A stretch of 63,709 bases of DNA, counting the filler, from Lenisia limosa (lineage: Eukaryota; Protista; Breviatea): the NCBI GenBank assembly GCA_001655205.1. It is 13 parts of 13 records of this genome, joined end to end, with 100 filler letters (N's around TTAATTAATTAA, not from the genome) between each part and the next. Parts side by side here need not be neighbours in the genome. Positions count along the whole stretch, not along the records: positions 1 to 2,067 come from LPNZ01001923.1; positions 2,168 to 11,477 come from LPNZ01001541.1; positions 11,578 to 20,930 come from LPNZ01001404.1; 10 more parts are not named here. One strand, given 5' to 3'. This document shows, piece after piece, positions 1 to 11,637 of this stretch (its first letter is position 1; each line of letters begins with the position of its first letter). The position numbers and the translations under genes are program-made. Under the pieces are notes generated by a model. The model did not search any database. It worked only from the letters and a program-made list of their open reading frames with translations, and was not told the origin of the DNA.

Positions 1-104
1 GGGAGTGAGTTGCGCGACATAGAAAAACTCGCCATAGTCCCGTCACTGTCACCATCCCTCGATTTTCCCCTTACCATCCCTCGGTTTCCACCCTTACCGT
101 CCAG

Positions 105-1109
105 GCTGTTATGTGAAGGGACTGTACCTGGAAGGAGCCAAGTGGGATGCTGAACGCAAGGTTTGTGAGTCACTTATTGCTAGGTCTTCACACCAGTGCC
201 AAAAATACCGGTAAAATAAAGATCGTTTTTGGAAATTAGAATTTTCTCTTTTCCTGTCACCCAAGGCCCAAAAACAAGGGTGTAATTCAGTGAACTCCAA
301 TTATTGCCTAAATCAATCTTGATACTTGCTGCTTGTACTACGACTACGATAGACAATCCCCATTATCATAATACAACCAACAAATTCAATCGAAATACTA
401 TCTCAGCCCTTCAGAGGCACTAAAGATTATCAACACACCAGCAATCCGACCATAACCCTAACCCTCAGAGGCTCCAAAACTGTCCAAATCCTGACTAACC
501 GTAACCGCTGTGTAGATGCTGACAGAAAGTCGATCGAAGGAGCTCTTCACGCCGCTGCCCACTCTCTGGCTGCAACCGGTTGTCAATAAGGAACCTGTCG
601 GGAACAACGTCTATGAGTGCCCCATCTATAAGGTAGGGGGGGGGGGGNNNNNNNNNNNNNNNNNNNNNNNNNNNNNNNNNNNNNNNNNNNNNNNNNNNNN
701 NNNNNNNNNNNNNNNNNNNNNNNNNNNNNAAGAGGTCAAGACTTATCCCGGTTATTGTATGTAAATAAGAATGTGTTGTACGGTGTCATGAAGATGAAAG
801 GGAGGCGTAAAACAATCTCTAAGGGGTAGAGCAATCACTACAGTGGGTGTTTCGGAGAGCAACCTATTGGCTCATAAATCGTATTAATATACCACAGGGG
901 GTTAATTTTAACCAAAAACAAAATAGAGCTGTGTTGCACGGTTCAAGCATTCCCCCCTAACTCACGCCTAGATTTTGACTCGCGCTGGAGCCCTCTCCAC
1001 CACTGGAATCTCCACCAACTACGTTGTGACCGTGGATCTTCCGACAGACAAGGATCCTGACCACTGGGTGAAACGAGGAGTAGCGCTGCTCTGTTCCCTG
1101 GCATACTAG
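105..1109 (+). CDS. DNAH: Axonemal dynein heavy chain, last three exons (about 105-160, 516-632, 972-1109); 5' part lies outside the window
   Basis: The spliced translation [19 protein letters not shown] / [39 protein letters not shown] / [45 protein letters not shown] matches the dynein heavy chain C-terminal motifs GLxLEGAxW, YxCPxYK, LSTTGHSTNY and HWxxRGVALLC. Introns are GT-AG. Confidence 0.95.
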
Positions 1110-1944
1110 GCTGCTGTAGTATAATACTGTATTATTAATGTAGGTTATATCATGTTTCAATTTGAGGCATTTTTCTGACCAAGAAAACCCCATTTGATAT
1201 GATTTGTCAAATCGATAATCTATTAATACTATATAAGGAAAAGTGGCACTTGTCATTGCGCTGTCAGGCAACTCAGTTACGTTATGTGTCTTTTGGCTTT
1301 TTTTTTTTTAGACAAGTCGATCGTCTGAGGAGAAAATAAACCCAAAAAATAGACATAGAATGGAAAGACCCCCCTTTATTGGGCCAACAACCAAAGAAAG
1401 TCAGAAACCGCCGCGTGTTTTCGGATTGTCGACTGCCAGTTGGAGAATGTACACAATGGAATTTTATTTGCAAAATCCTGGCGTACTTTTATTGCACGAG
1501 GGGGGGGGATTTTTGAACCATTGCAATGTCTTGGCTAAAAAATGGCAATCCTCACAAGAAACCCGAATTAATAAGTCGTGTAGGGGGATCCAGGCTCGAT
1601 ACTGAACTTCTCGGTTTCAAGCAAGACTGAATTCTTGATAAACCGAGGATTTACCAAGTTCAGTCTGTTTTTAGAACCCATGAATACTGTTATACCAGTA
1701 GAATTGCCACAATAATATCACGAGACGTACATATAAGTCCGCAAACTTTAACAATCTCAAATTATCGAGAAAACAAACAAAGAAAATGTCGTCTAAAGTC
1801 ATGAGTTTTTCCCACGTTTTTTCAAGAAGTGAAATTACACGCAAAGCAACAGCCAAAGATAAAACTCAACGATTCCATACTCTACAACAAGATACATTAC
1901 AATACCAAAACAACAGACCATAAACCATTACACCCTAGCATTCC

Positions 1945-2043
1945 CTAAGACTTTGGTGCGACTCCTGCAGCAATGTTGGTCAGGCTGAAGGGGACACTGG
2001 AGTCGGCAACGATGTGTTCAATCACTCTCCTGCAGTTGGCAAC
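1945..2043 (-). CDS. Terminal exon of an unidentified gene (rest lost at the scaffold end)
   Basis: Acceptor ctaaccaataag, then VANCRRVIEHIVADSSVPFSLTNIAAGVAPKS*; locally raised GC. Confidence 0.45.
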   Translation of the reverse strand, partial: VANCRRVIEHIVADSSVPFSLTNIAAGVAPKS

Positions 2044-2111
2044 CTTATTGGTTAGGGGGGGGGGGGGNNNNNNNNNNNNNNNNNNNNNNNNNNNNNNNNN
2101 NNNNNNNNNNN

Positions 2112-2123
2112 TTAATTAATTAA
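2112..2123. other. Artificial six-frame-stop scaffold linker TTAATTAATTAA (also at 11522, 20975, 33128, 36442, 47084, 49261, 52700, 54761, 56621, 58326, 62470)
   Basis: The identical palindromic 12-mer is embedded in N runs 12 times. Confidence 0.97.
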
Positions 2124-2378
2124 NNNNNNNNNNNNNNNNNNNNNNNNNNNNNNNNNNNNNNNNNNNNCCTAGCCACATCATCTGGCGTGCGTCTCCAGCT
2201 GACAAGAGTAGCAGAAAGTGGGGCCAATGTGATTGGACGATTACCTGTGAGCTTACCGGTGATTTACTGCTTGTGGTAAATGGTTTTATTTGCAGTGTCA
2301 TTTGGGGGGTTACGTAAATACCTAATGCATGACATTCAAAAGACCTAAACGCCCCTGATCGGTATAGAACCGATACTC

Positions 2379-4643
2379 ATGAAAAGATACACGAAGAAGG
2401 AAGTGGAGCTTGCTGTCGATGATGACGAGGAGAGGACAGCCGAGATTGAGGCCATTTTAGACGTTTATTCTGATATCATCGAGCGCAGGGGTTACACCGA
2501 CTCTCTTCTGGTTGGCTGTCATGCCTGAAAGGGTTGTTTATTGTTTAGGTCAAGCTTGCTTATGGTGACAAAAGAGCCGAACTTATTGTTGGTGTGGAGT
2601 AATATTTTATCCCTATCCAATATACATATAACCGACTTTCGAGTCTTGTCGTTCCAATATCACACGAGTCGATATGAACTATCTTATCACGGCCTCGGCC
2701 AGATACATCCTCTTTTTTTCCCCTCATATCATATGATAATGAGTACGGACTATGATGAATGTTGGGAGGCAAAAGCTGGATGCATGGAGTTATGTCAAAT
2801 GAATTATTAGTATCAGAAATGTGATGGTTTTAAGGGATTTTTTTATTATTGTAAATTGAATGTACTTTGAAAGAACTCGGATCTGCTTCGCAAGCTGGTT
2901 CAGAGTGATATGTTTGTCAGTTTTACCGTCGTGTAGATTGACCTGCCTTCAAAGTACCCTTCAACCCTCCCGCCTGCTGTGTCAGTCATTTCTGATTGGG
3001 TCCCTTCAACATTAAGAAGTGTGGCAAATGCTAGTGTCGTTGTACTTGGTGTACTAGTTTAATATGACTATTTTATTAGTATTGCAGAAACTATTATTCT
3101 TGAACCCCATCCAATCAGTGAAAGCATTTTGACTTTTTAGATCACCTTGTTGCCGAAGCAGAAAGGCTACACACCGATGGTGAAGGAACAGGCATGCTCT
3201 TTACGTGGATTGAACTGGTATGCTCAAAATCAAATCATATTTAAAGCAGGTTTCAAATTTTGAAAGTTGTTTCGGATATCAATTAATATCGAAGAATAGG
3301 ACTTCCTTGGAGCGATTTATGTGTTATATTCTATTTTGTGAAAGGACCAAAGTGACCTGAATCACGTTCAATCTGCCGCAAAAAAAGAATAGCGTGCTTC
3401 ACATATCCAAGACAACTTTCTTATTTGAAACCCTGCTTCAAATGCGGAAACTGCTCTCACACTCAGGTGCAATCAGAGCTGGAAAGTCAGTTTCAAAGGG
3501 ACAAACGAGAAGAGGAGCTAAGTATCAAGAAAGACCCTCCATCCCCAATAAAGTGAGAACTCAGTAAGGAATACAATTTTCATTTAAAAATTTGCCCCAA
3601 ATTGTACTCCATATTGGGGATTAAAGCGTCTATCCCACCCTGGGTCTCATCATTTATCATTTAGACAGCAAAGGGCTGATATTCCTGTTGTTTCTGGGGA
3701 GGCAATATCGGATAGAAAGTCCAAATTTGTGGCTCATCTTGCTCCAATAAAAAGTGCTCATGATGTCAAACAGGTTGGGCAACTAAATTATCAAATATTA
3801 GTTTTTTTTGTAATGTTAAATAAATTTGCCAAGCGACTAAATTTTCAATTATTTAAGTTTGTAACTTGGCATTTATAGTAACTATGGCCCTTTCAGGATT
3901 TGATATGGCTGATTAAGCAGGTGATTGAACAACTCTTAAGGAATAGCAAGATTGCACAGGCATGTCACCCGATCATGCGAGCATATCGATACCGAGATGA
4001 AAACGGCATATTGGTTGGCTGGGGAGCTTGATATAATTAGAACCCTGATGGAAGCTTTCTTTCGTTTCATAGTAATATATCATGTAATATTACTATTGCT
4101 TATGTAGATGCAAGAATTCAGACTTGACCTGAACTTGAGGGACAATTGTTTATTCTTATAATGACCCCCCCCCCCCCNNNNNNNNNNNNNNNNNNNNNNN
4201 NNNNNNNNNNNNNNNNNNNNNNNNNNNNNNNNNNNNNNNNNNNNNNNNNNNNNNAATTGTCATCTTTGTAACCTATCAGCATGAAGATAGCAATGATGAC
4301 GGTGAAGGCGGTGCGGGTGTCAAAATCCTGTTCTTGCTCCAAACTCTTGATGTAAGTTGTCAGCCCCCCAAAGTGTTTGCTTCTTTCCATTGACATGCTG
4401 TATCGATTTCTCACAGCAAAGGTTGACGGATATGTTGTGATAGTGACGCGGTGGTTTGGCGGTATTCTACTCGGCCCCGACCGGTTCAAGCACATTGCTG
4501 ACAGGACACGCGACATTTTAGAGGCCAATGGCTTGGGTAGACAAAATGTGGGTGGCAAGTCAAATGGAATTCAGATTTTGTGTATGCTCATCCCTTAGAA
4601 TGATTCAACAAAAACCGGAAAAGGCAGAAAGAAGAGGAAGTGA
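2379..4643 (+). CDS. IMPACT: IMPACT/YIH1 family protein (RWD domain plus UPF0029 ancient domain), multi-exon
   Basis: RWD-like exons EERTAEIEAILDVY and IDLPSKYPSTLPP; ancient-domain exons ISDRKSKFVAHLAPI, KIAQACHPIMRAYR, DSNDDGEGGAGVKILFLLQ and VVIVTRWFGGILLGPDRFKHI; basic tail ending at TGA 4641-4643. Confidence 0.95.
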
Positions 4644-4877
4644 TATCCTTTCAACTAGGTAAAAAAAATCTTGTGTGAAGATATATGTATATCATGGTAT
4701 AATACAGCGGAAAGCTTGATTGAGAGAGTGTCAGAACAACCAAATCATAACATAGATGTACATCAATCATTTGTCTCAAAGAAAAGGGCACACTCATGCC
4801 AAATAACATCCTCTTGAAATATCCCTCTTAGCCCCAAACAAATACCCAAACAAGCCCTCACCCCAATATACCATATG

Positions 4878-7625
4878 CTACACTTCTTCAACAAGAGGGA
4901 GAGACTCCAAATGCTCAAAAGTCTGTGAATAGACCTCCATACCACCCCGTTGAAGCGGAACAACAAAATTCCTGAAAGTCACCTTGGTGAAGTATGGGCT
5001 TACAAGGAACCCATTATCGAGATGGGGAGGGCCGAACGGAAGTTCTGAGCCGTGGATTCCAGTGTTCTCGTCACACCCCAAGTTGAACCGAATCCGCACT
5101 ACAATGGATACTGTTAATGACTGTTTTCTGAGCTTTCAAGATGGAAAACCCCAGTCCATACCTCCCATTGAGCCAGAGAGCCATCTTTGCTGCACGACAC
5201 AATTTTCGAGCTGGAATTTGGAAGGAACCGAGTCGACATGACGTTGAAGTGGTGGCCCTTCAGCTCCGCTAAGGCCTGCTTTGTTTGTCGTCGGTCGTGA
5301 ACCTGAGGCTGGTGAGTCTGATCCGCTCCCCAATTTTGTATGCTTTCAACGAGAACTTCTCCCGTGTAAGAAAAGGGGAGCCGAAGTGTGCATACTTTCA
5401 CATAGCAACCATCAGAGTTGAAGCCGTTTGTACCCGTGCAAATGTAGTTACCACAGGGGCTAACGTCAGCACATGTCTGTGATAATCAGATTTCGCCATT
5501 TTACTTGAAAAGCATGAGCATCACAGAAAAAATCAAAAAGAACATTCAATATGTAGGCCAACAGTGATACGCAGCCCAACCTGAATATGGTGAAAGTCTG
5601 TCCAGGCCTGTACTGGCTTTGAAAAGTCTCTAACGTCCCAAACCCGCAGCCTGAAACATAAAACTGCTCCTATTATGATAAACTACATAACGTTCGAAGG
5701 AGACATAATTATAGGTTGCTCAATATAACAAAGTCTGGATATAATATTCGTATTGTTCATAGTGTACTCCACGTAAAAACGAGTCTTCAAAGACTAGAAA
5801 GGCTTACTGCAAATCTTCAGAAGCCTGAACCACGAGTTCTGGGTTACTGGGGACTGAACACACATCCTTTATAGTTAAACTGGCTTATATAATATAGAGA
5901 AATGAGAAATAAACACAAGGTTGTAAACTGACTTATACGGAGAGCCAATTTAGGGGAGGATGCATATTAGTAGTTTCATATTTAAACAGCATTTGGAATA
6001 AAACTGGAATGTCTATTGTGCTCCCTTCAACTCACTGTTACAACATTCCTAGGGGTTGAGGTGGCAGAAATGGGTTTCTCAGATTCCATGTCCCAAAGAC
6101 AGACTGTGTAACTACGAGTACCACAAACTAGTCGTGAAGAGCCTAAAGAATGTGAATGAGCCTTGTAATGAGACGATAATCAATAAAAATAATTTATCTT
6201 GTAACAGGTCAACATAACATTCGAATCAAATCTTTACAAACACTCTCATAAGCCTTCCTACTAAGATAGGTCAGACCCATCACGTAGCCTGGACATGATG
6301 AGTCCTTCATTTGTGATGAAACTGCTCCATTCTGGCTCTACAAAGTTACAGTACAATAGTGTTAAAACTTTGAATACCTGCACCCGTTGATAGCAAGGGA
6401 TAAAACCCTTTCAACCACAGCCCCTTTTCCTACATTTGCGATAATGATGCTACCATCCGAACATCCAATGAGAACTTTACTACAGTCTTCATAGCCAGAA
6501 ACCTGCATCGGTAAAGTATATATAGTTCTTTTTGACAGTTACGCAAGCCCCCCTGAATCATGTGAAGCAAGCCCCACTGAATCATGTGAGGCAAATGACT
6601 TATTTTTTTTGTTTTCACGAAAACTACGATATTTAACTTTTTTTTGCGTTTGTTTTTACAACAAACAGTATTTTTCATCAATTCTATACCAATAAAACCA
6701 GGCGCCTCAGGTTCTATTAGAAACCGTGAGATAAAACAGACAGAAATCTGGCCACAAATAATCTTACATACAATACACCTAACCCAAGTATTATGATACC
6801 AACCTTGCAAGGGCTTTGTCCTTCAAGTTTAATCAATGTTTGGCAGCGCAATTCCCAATCGTAAAGAACGACAACCTATTGTCAGAGGAAGAGGAAGAGA
6901 TGGAAACCAACCTCCTTATGGTCACAGCTAATTGTCTTTTGAGCGCCATTTTCGGTATGAATGGGACCACAAACAGCACTTGACAGAATTACAGCATTAT
7001 GGGGAGAGAATCGAGTCAACTGAGGAGCCAATGCCTTGCCTTCAAAATAAAAAAGACTACCGAAACAAAAAAAGTACACTTCATAACCACTTGTCGAGTT
7101 CTACCAACCACTTTAACTAATGATACAACTGACAACCAAAATTCCCATGATGAAAGAACGTGAAGAAGTGGGTGAGTTGACGGTTTGCTTACTTGAGTGA
7201 CGACAACCCATTGAAGAGCCAACTCCTATCACCACAATTTCTTCTTGGATCTGCCCCCAAATAAAAAAAAACAATGTCTGCGTCTGCGGCGAATAAGAAA
7301 GAGGACGAGAAACGAGAAGAGGGACGACAGCTGAGGGCCTATCCGAACAAGTGGCGTGGAGTTTGTGTGAGGTGGCGTACAGGTTGCCCTTTTGTTCGCT
7401 GCACTCATGGGGTGTATATATCTTTTACCTGGTCTTTTTTTCCTTATTACCATGGCTTGACCATGGCTGCACTTTCATCGCCACCTTCCACCACGCTTTC
7501 ACTCACTGACTCTTCATCGAATCCAACTTGTCAATACCCCCNNNNNNNNNNNNNNNNNNNNNNNNNNNNNNNNNNNNNNNNNNNNNNNNNNNNNNNNNNN
7601 NNNNNNNNNNNNNNNNNNAGCCATT
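4878..7625 (-). CDS. WD40-repeat protein, multi-exon; start approximate because of the gap at 7542-7618
   Basis: Exons KVLIGCSDGSIIIAN, RLVCGTRSYTVCLWDME, LVVQASEDL/LRVWDVRD, ADVSPCGNYICTGTNG and LAELKGHHFNVMSTRFLPNSSSKIVSCSKDGSLAQWE are typical WD repeats. Confidence 0.85.
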
Positions 7626-7729
7626 TGTCCCTTTAGTTTAGCTCTTTAGCGGCGCTTGGTTTTTTCATTGCACTTGCAGGAAAACTGGCTAGAACCAACC
7701 GATTTTCCAATTTACCCGTTTTGTCAAAG

Positions 7730-9468
7730 ATGCCTCCTAAGACGGTTAGGTTTCCTTCAGCCGTGGCACCACCTTCGCATCTCAGCTCAATTGTGGCCAA
7801 ATTAGAGGAGTACTCAGCGCTGTTTGTTGACGATGGTTTGGGATATTCATGTTAATCACGGATTCAGTCAACGCTCGAGTGGCAAAGATGATGGCTAAGA
7901 TACAAGATCATGTTCACGCGCTGCAAATAAAAAAACGAAGTTAGCTGGTGTTGGCTCTTGACCTCTTGACTTCTTTCAGGTATTCTTCGTCAGTTTGACG
8001 TGAGGGCCAAGAAAATGACTGTTAGAGAGTTTTTGCTTTCTGGGGGCTCTTTGGAAACTGTTAAACAGACCAGGAAGAAAGATGTGGGTTCCAGGGTAAT
8101 AAATCCACTGTGTCCTTCAAATGATTCATAGCTATAATCTCGGATTTACACAAGCCTTCTTGAGAGTGTGAACTGATTGCAATTAATTATTTTTCATCGC
8201 GAAAGCCTTGGTTACACACTTCTTTGCAGGTTGCCACCACATTTGCCAGAGAAGCCACTCGGAAAAGAGCCGCTATTACAGCATCCACTTTTGAACCGCC
8301 ATCTGCTAAGAAGGTAGCAACCTTTTCGTGGACCTTTTTTGACTTTCAGGCATATATTTCCGCCAATATCCCAGCAACGGTGCGGATTACTCGTTCAAAA
8401 AAGAAGGTCATGGATGGTATGTCGAGGGAAATTCTTGGTTGTTAACCAGGGTTCATGAAGTTTTACATTATTATTTGTAAATGTTATGCCTAGGCTTCAC
8501 TTCGTTTCGAAAAAAGACTGAATTTAAATCCTCGAAAATTATTATATTTTACCGGTTTTTCGAACTGAAGTGAAGCTCTAGTTATGCCATTGTTTTGCAG
8601 TTTTGATTGGTGTCTTTCAGAAGAACTTCCTTCACTGCCTGAAATGCCTGAAATACCGGAGTCTTCTGCATCCACAGACACTGTGGTTAGTTTTATATAA
8701 TTCTCATAACTTTTCCGACTAATTGACACATTCACACTGTTTCATTATTAAGCCCTTCAAAACGCCAGCACCTGTGACTAAGGTTTTTGGGGGTTTGATG
8801 ACATGTAATTACATATAACAAACTGTGTCGTATTGAATTATGATATGAATAAAGGTTGTCATTTTAAAAAACATGAAATGGTATTATGAACCTGTTTCAT
8901 TGAATTAATCTTTCCTTTTCCTTTTCATTTGTGTCCCCAGGCTCTCAAGAAAGTAATTCCTGGAACAATCGGAAGAAGACGTCGAGCTAATGACACCCTT
9001 CTTGTAGGCTCTCGTGATAATTGCACTTACAAAACAGTGGAGTAGTAGTGGCTCCCCCGTAACTGTTGATTCCCCAAGCACAGGGTCAACTCTTGTGAAG
9101 AAGGTGGGGACATGGGGTGAATGGGGTTTTTACTATTGCATTCTTGCAGTTATGCATCAGCAGTATTGGTACTTAAAGGCACTGTTGCCCAAAGTTACTA
9201 CTATCAAGCCATCAAGCCTTGGGTCAATGTTGTAGGGGAAAAAGGCAAGCATTCGCCTTGCCTTGAAGGATCGAGAAATTGGACTTGACTCTCCTTCACA
9301 AGTCAAGACTATGTCCAAGAAAGTTTGCATATTCCCCTGTTGAAGCCTCCTTTTGAAGTTTCTCCTTTGCTTATCGTGTTGACTCTACAGGATCGCAACC
9401 ACGTGAGAAAAGAGATTGAAAGTATGATGCGACAGCTTGAAATGACTCTTGAGGCAACTGAAGACTGA
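7730..9468 (+). CDS. CDCA8: Borealin/CDCA8-like chromosomal passenger complex subunit (putative)
   Basis: The N-terminal helix ...ARVAKMMAKIQDHVHALQIKKR / ILRQFDVRAKKMTVREFLLSGG resembles the Borealin/Nbl1 N-helix. It is followed by a low-complexity middle, RRRRANDTLL/SGSPV (the SxxGSP motif) and a C-terminal helix DRNHVRKEIESMMRQLEMTLEATED*. Recognised by eye only. Confidence 0.5.
8493..8578. mobile_element. MITE family 1 copy (intronic, Borealin-like gene)
   Basis: TIRs gcttcacttcgtttcgaaaaa / tttttcgaactgaagtgaagc with TA flanks. Confidence 0.8.
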
Positions 9469-9597
9469 TCAGCCTCAACAAACGTGCTTCTTTTAACTTA
9501 AATTTCAATCCCTAACCACATATATAAACAATGGAATGTTGCACCATTCTTGTACAATAGGTGAAATTTCTCCCCATAGGAAACTATAGTTTATCTC

Positions 9598-11478
9598 CTA
9601 GAAAATACATCGCGTCTCAATCCCTCTTGCTTCGTACACATCCAATCAATGAATAGATTCATCAACCTTAGAGGCGATATTAGAAGACGAGGCGGCTGAA
9701 CCATCAATCAGAACAAACTCCCTCGAGGAGAACCCAAACTGAATGACATCCTAAGATCATTAGTTATTTGACAAAGTGAGAAAATGTTGGAAAATCTTCT
9801 CAATTGCTTGTTAAAATTTGAATAGCTTTCTGCATGCCTCCAGAGATAGAAGACTATCCGAACGAAAAAGACTGTCACACACTATATATACCCTTAATAA
9901 GTCCAACCTTTTCCCTGAGTTCAATGAGCCGTCTTGGGTCAATTTTGACTCCATTCAACTTTGTGCCATTCGTACTGTCAAGGTCCACAATATAGGGTCT
10001 AAGTATTAATGATAAAACAATAATGATATTGTCATCAGCCAATTACCTTACAACCGTCTTAGTGAGGAAGGTGTCTTGGTCTTCAATCTCAATCTTTCGG
10101 AACTGATGGTATGAAAAATAGTGTCCAGCAAATACAATTTCAATGGATTTTGAAAGGGTCATTTCAGGGTAATTAAGAAACTTTGGTAGGTGTGAAACCG
10201 AAGAAAATCTGTGCCACTTCAACTGTAGACTAAAAAGAAGAATCCTCAGAATTTTTTTTAGCGTTCAGCGCAAAATACAACATTTGGCTGATATGTACAA
10301 ATCAGAATCACTCAAAAAAAAAAAAGAAAGTAATATTTGACTGAAGCTGTTAATAGCATCATATTATTGAAAGACAAGGGCAGGAATGACATCCCCGGAA
10401 CAGAGACCCTCCTCAAATCACTTAAAAACGAATAAGCACAGCCTACTTGGATGACAGAGTGCTGCTTGCTGCAAGAGGGATGAAGAAGATGGAGCTTGCA
10501 CACACGTTTCTCTCGGCCAATACGGAGGCAACTTTCACGGTGGATGTGGAGGGGTTCTGTTAATTAAAATTACACCTAAACTAATATATTACTCTCACCT
10601 TCAACTTGTGAGTTGCCCTTAAAGATGTAAAGGCGCCACTTCTGACGGGGAATACAAGAGTCGTTGGGTTCATGCCAAACAAGTTTCACACCATTCTGAC
10701 GAGTAAGTCCATCATCCGTTCGCGTTTACGTATAAGAAGGCATGAGCATACCAAATTTTCTTCTTTTTCGCTTAGAAGGCCTGAGAGACCAAAGTTTTCC
10801 CCTTCTTTTCTGAGAAGTTAAAATCAGGAATTCTTCCCCCAAAACTCTCAAAACCTCCTCCTACGTTCCTCCATTATCAGGACCGACATCTTCATTCGCC
10901 CTAGGCATCTCAAAGTCTCGAATATGCTTGGCCTTCTCCTCGTTATTGGGTCTCTCCATTGCAGATCTCCTATCAGGGTGTACAAGAGGACTACTTGAAC
11001 CTATTTTGCCATCCTTTTCCTCATCACTCTCACTTCTCTGCACTATCCTATCCAGATGTGACTCACTTTCTTTCCTGCTTTCTTCCTCCTCCTTAGCCTT
11101 CTTTGACTGAACTTCACTGATTGCACCTCTCAAGAAAGATGGCATATTGGACTTTTCAACCTTCTCATCCTTCTTGGCAGGGCTGGTAGATCTTCTTCTG
11201 GGACTTCTTTGCCTGCGAGGGCTGTATCTTCTCGGAGACCTCGAATGCCTCCTCCTCGGGCTTGGTGACCGTCTGCTTGTCCTAAATATTAAGAAACTCG
11301 TTAATATGACGCTAACCTTTGAGGTGACCGATGGCGTCTGGAAGGAGACCTTGCACGGTGTCTGTCTGAAGAGTTCAGAAGGCATTCAATACATTTTGCC
11401 ATGATACAGCACTCCTTCATACCGCTACGCTCCCGCTCAGAGTGGCGCGGCCTGTCTCTATCCCTATCGGACCGACTN
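9598..11478 (-). CDS. SNIP1: SNIP1/Pml1/DAWDLE-like FHA-domain splicing factor (RES complex); 5' end lost at the scaffold end
   Basis: RS-rich N-terminal part (SPSPRRRHSRSPRRYSPRR), then ENFGLSGLL, PLHIHRESCLRIGRE, HPSCSKQHSVIQ, YIVDLDSTNGTKLNGVKIDPRRLIELREK and DVIQFGFSSREFVL, which match SNIP1 FHA motifs. Confidence 0.93.
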
Positions 11479-11637
11479 NNNNNNNNNNNNNNNNNNNNNN
11501 NNNNNNNNNNNNNNNNNNNNNTTAATTAATTAANNNNNNNNNNNNNNNNNNNNNNNNNNNNNNNNNNNNNNNNNNNNACACTACCCCTGCATATCGACAT
11601 CTATTAGTTAAACAAAGCAATACACTACCCCTGCATA

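Noticed and set aside
2112-2123. Recurrent palindrome TTAATTAATTAA as a biological motif, and gene clustering across it
   Set aside because: It is always embedded in N runs and gives stops in all six frames, so it is a concatenation linker. Genes on either side are not neighbours.
4642-4655. U12-type AT-AC donor (atatccttt) at the IMPACT stop; also gtatcctcc at about 12460 (-) and tccttgac at 34576
   Set aside because: No matching U12 branch site or acceptor was found. The 12460 site lies inside a normal intron that splices in phase (KEDE|SGNK), and the 34576 intron has a gtgggg major-type donor.
7274-7410. + strand ORF with a CCCH-like CVRWRTGCPFVRCTH
   Set aside because: The opposite strand gives a properly spliced exon of the WD40 gene (KPCEQKGNLYATSHKLHAT) with better codon usage; shadow ORF.
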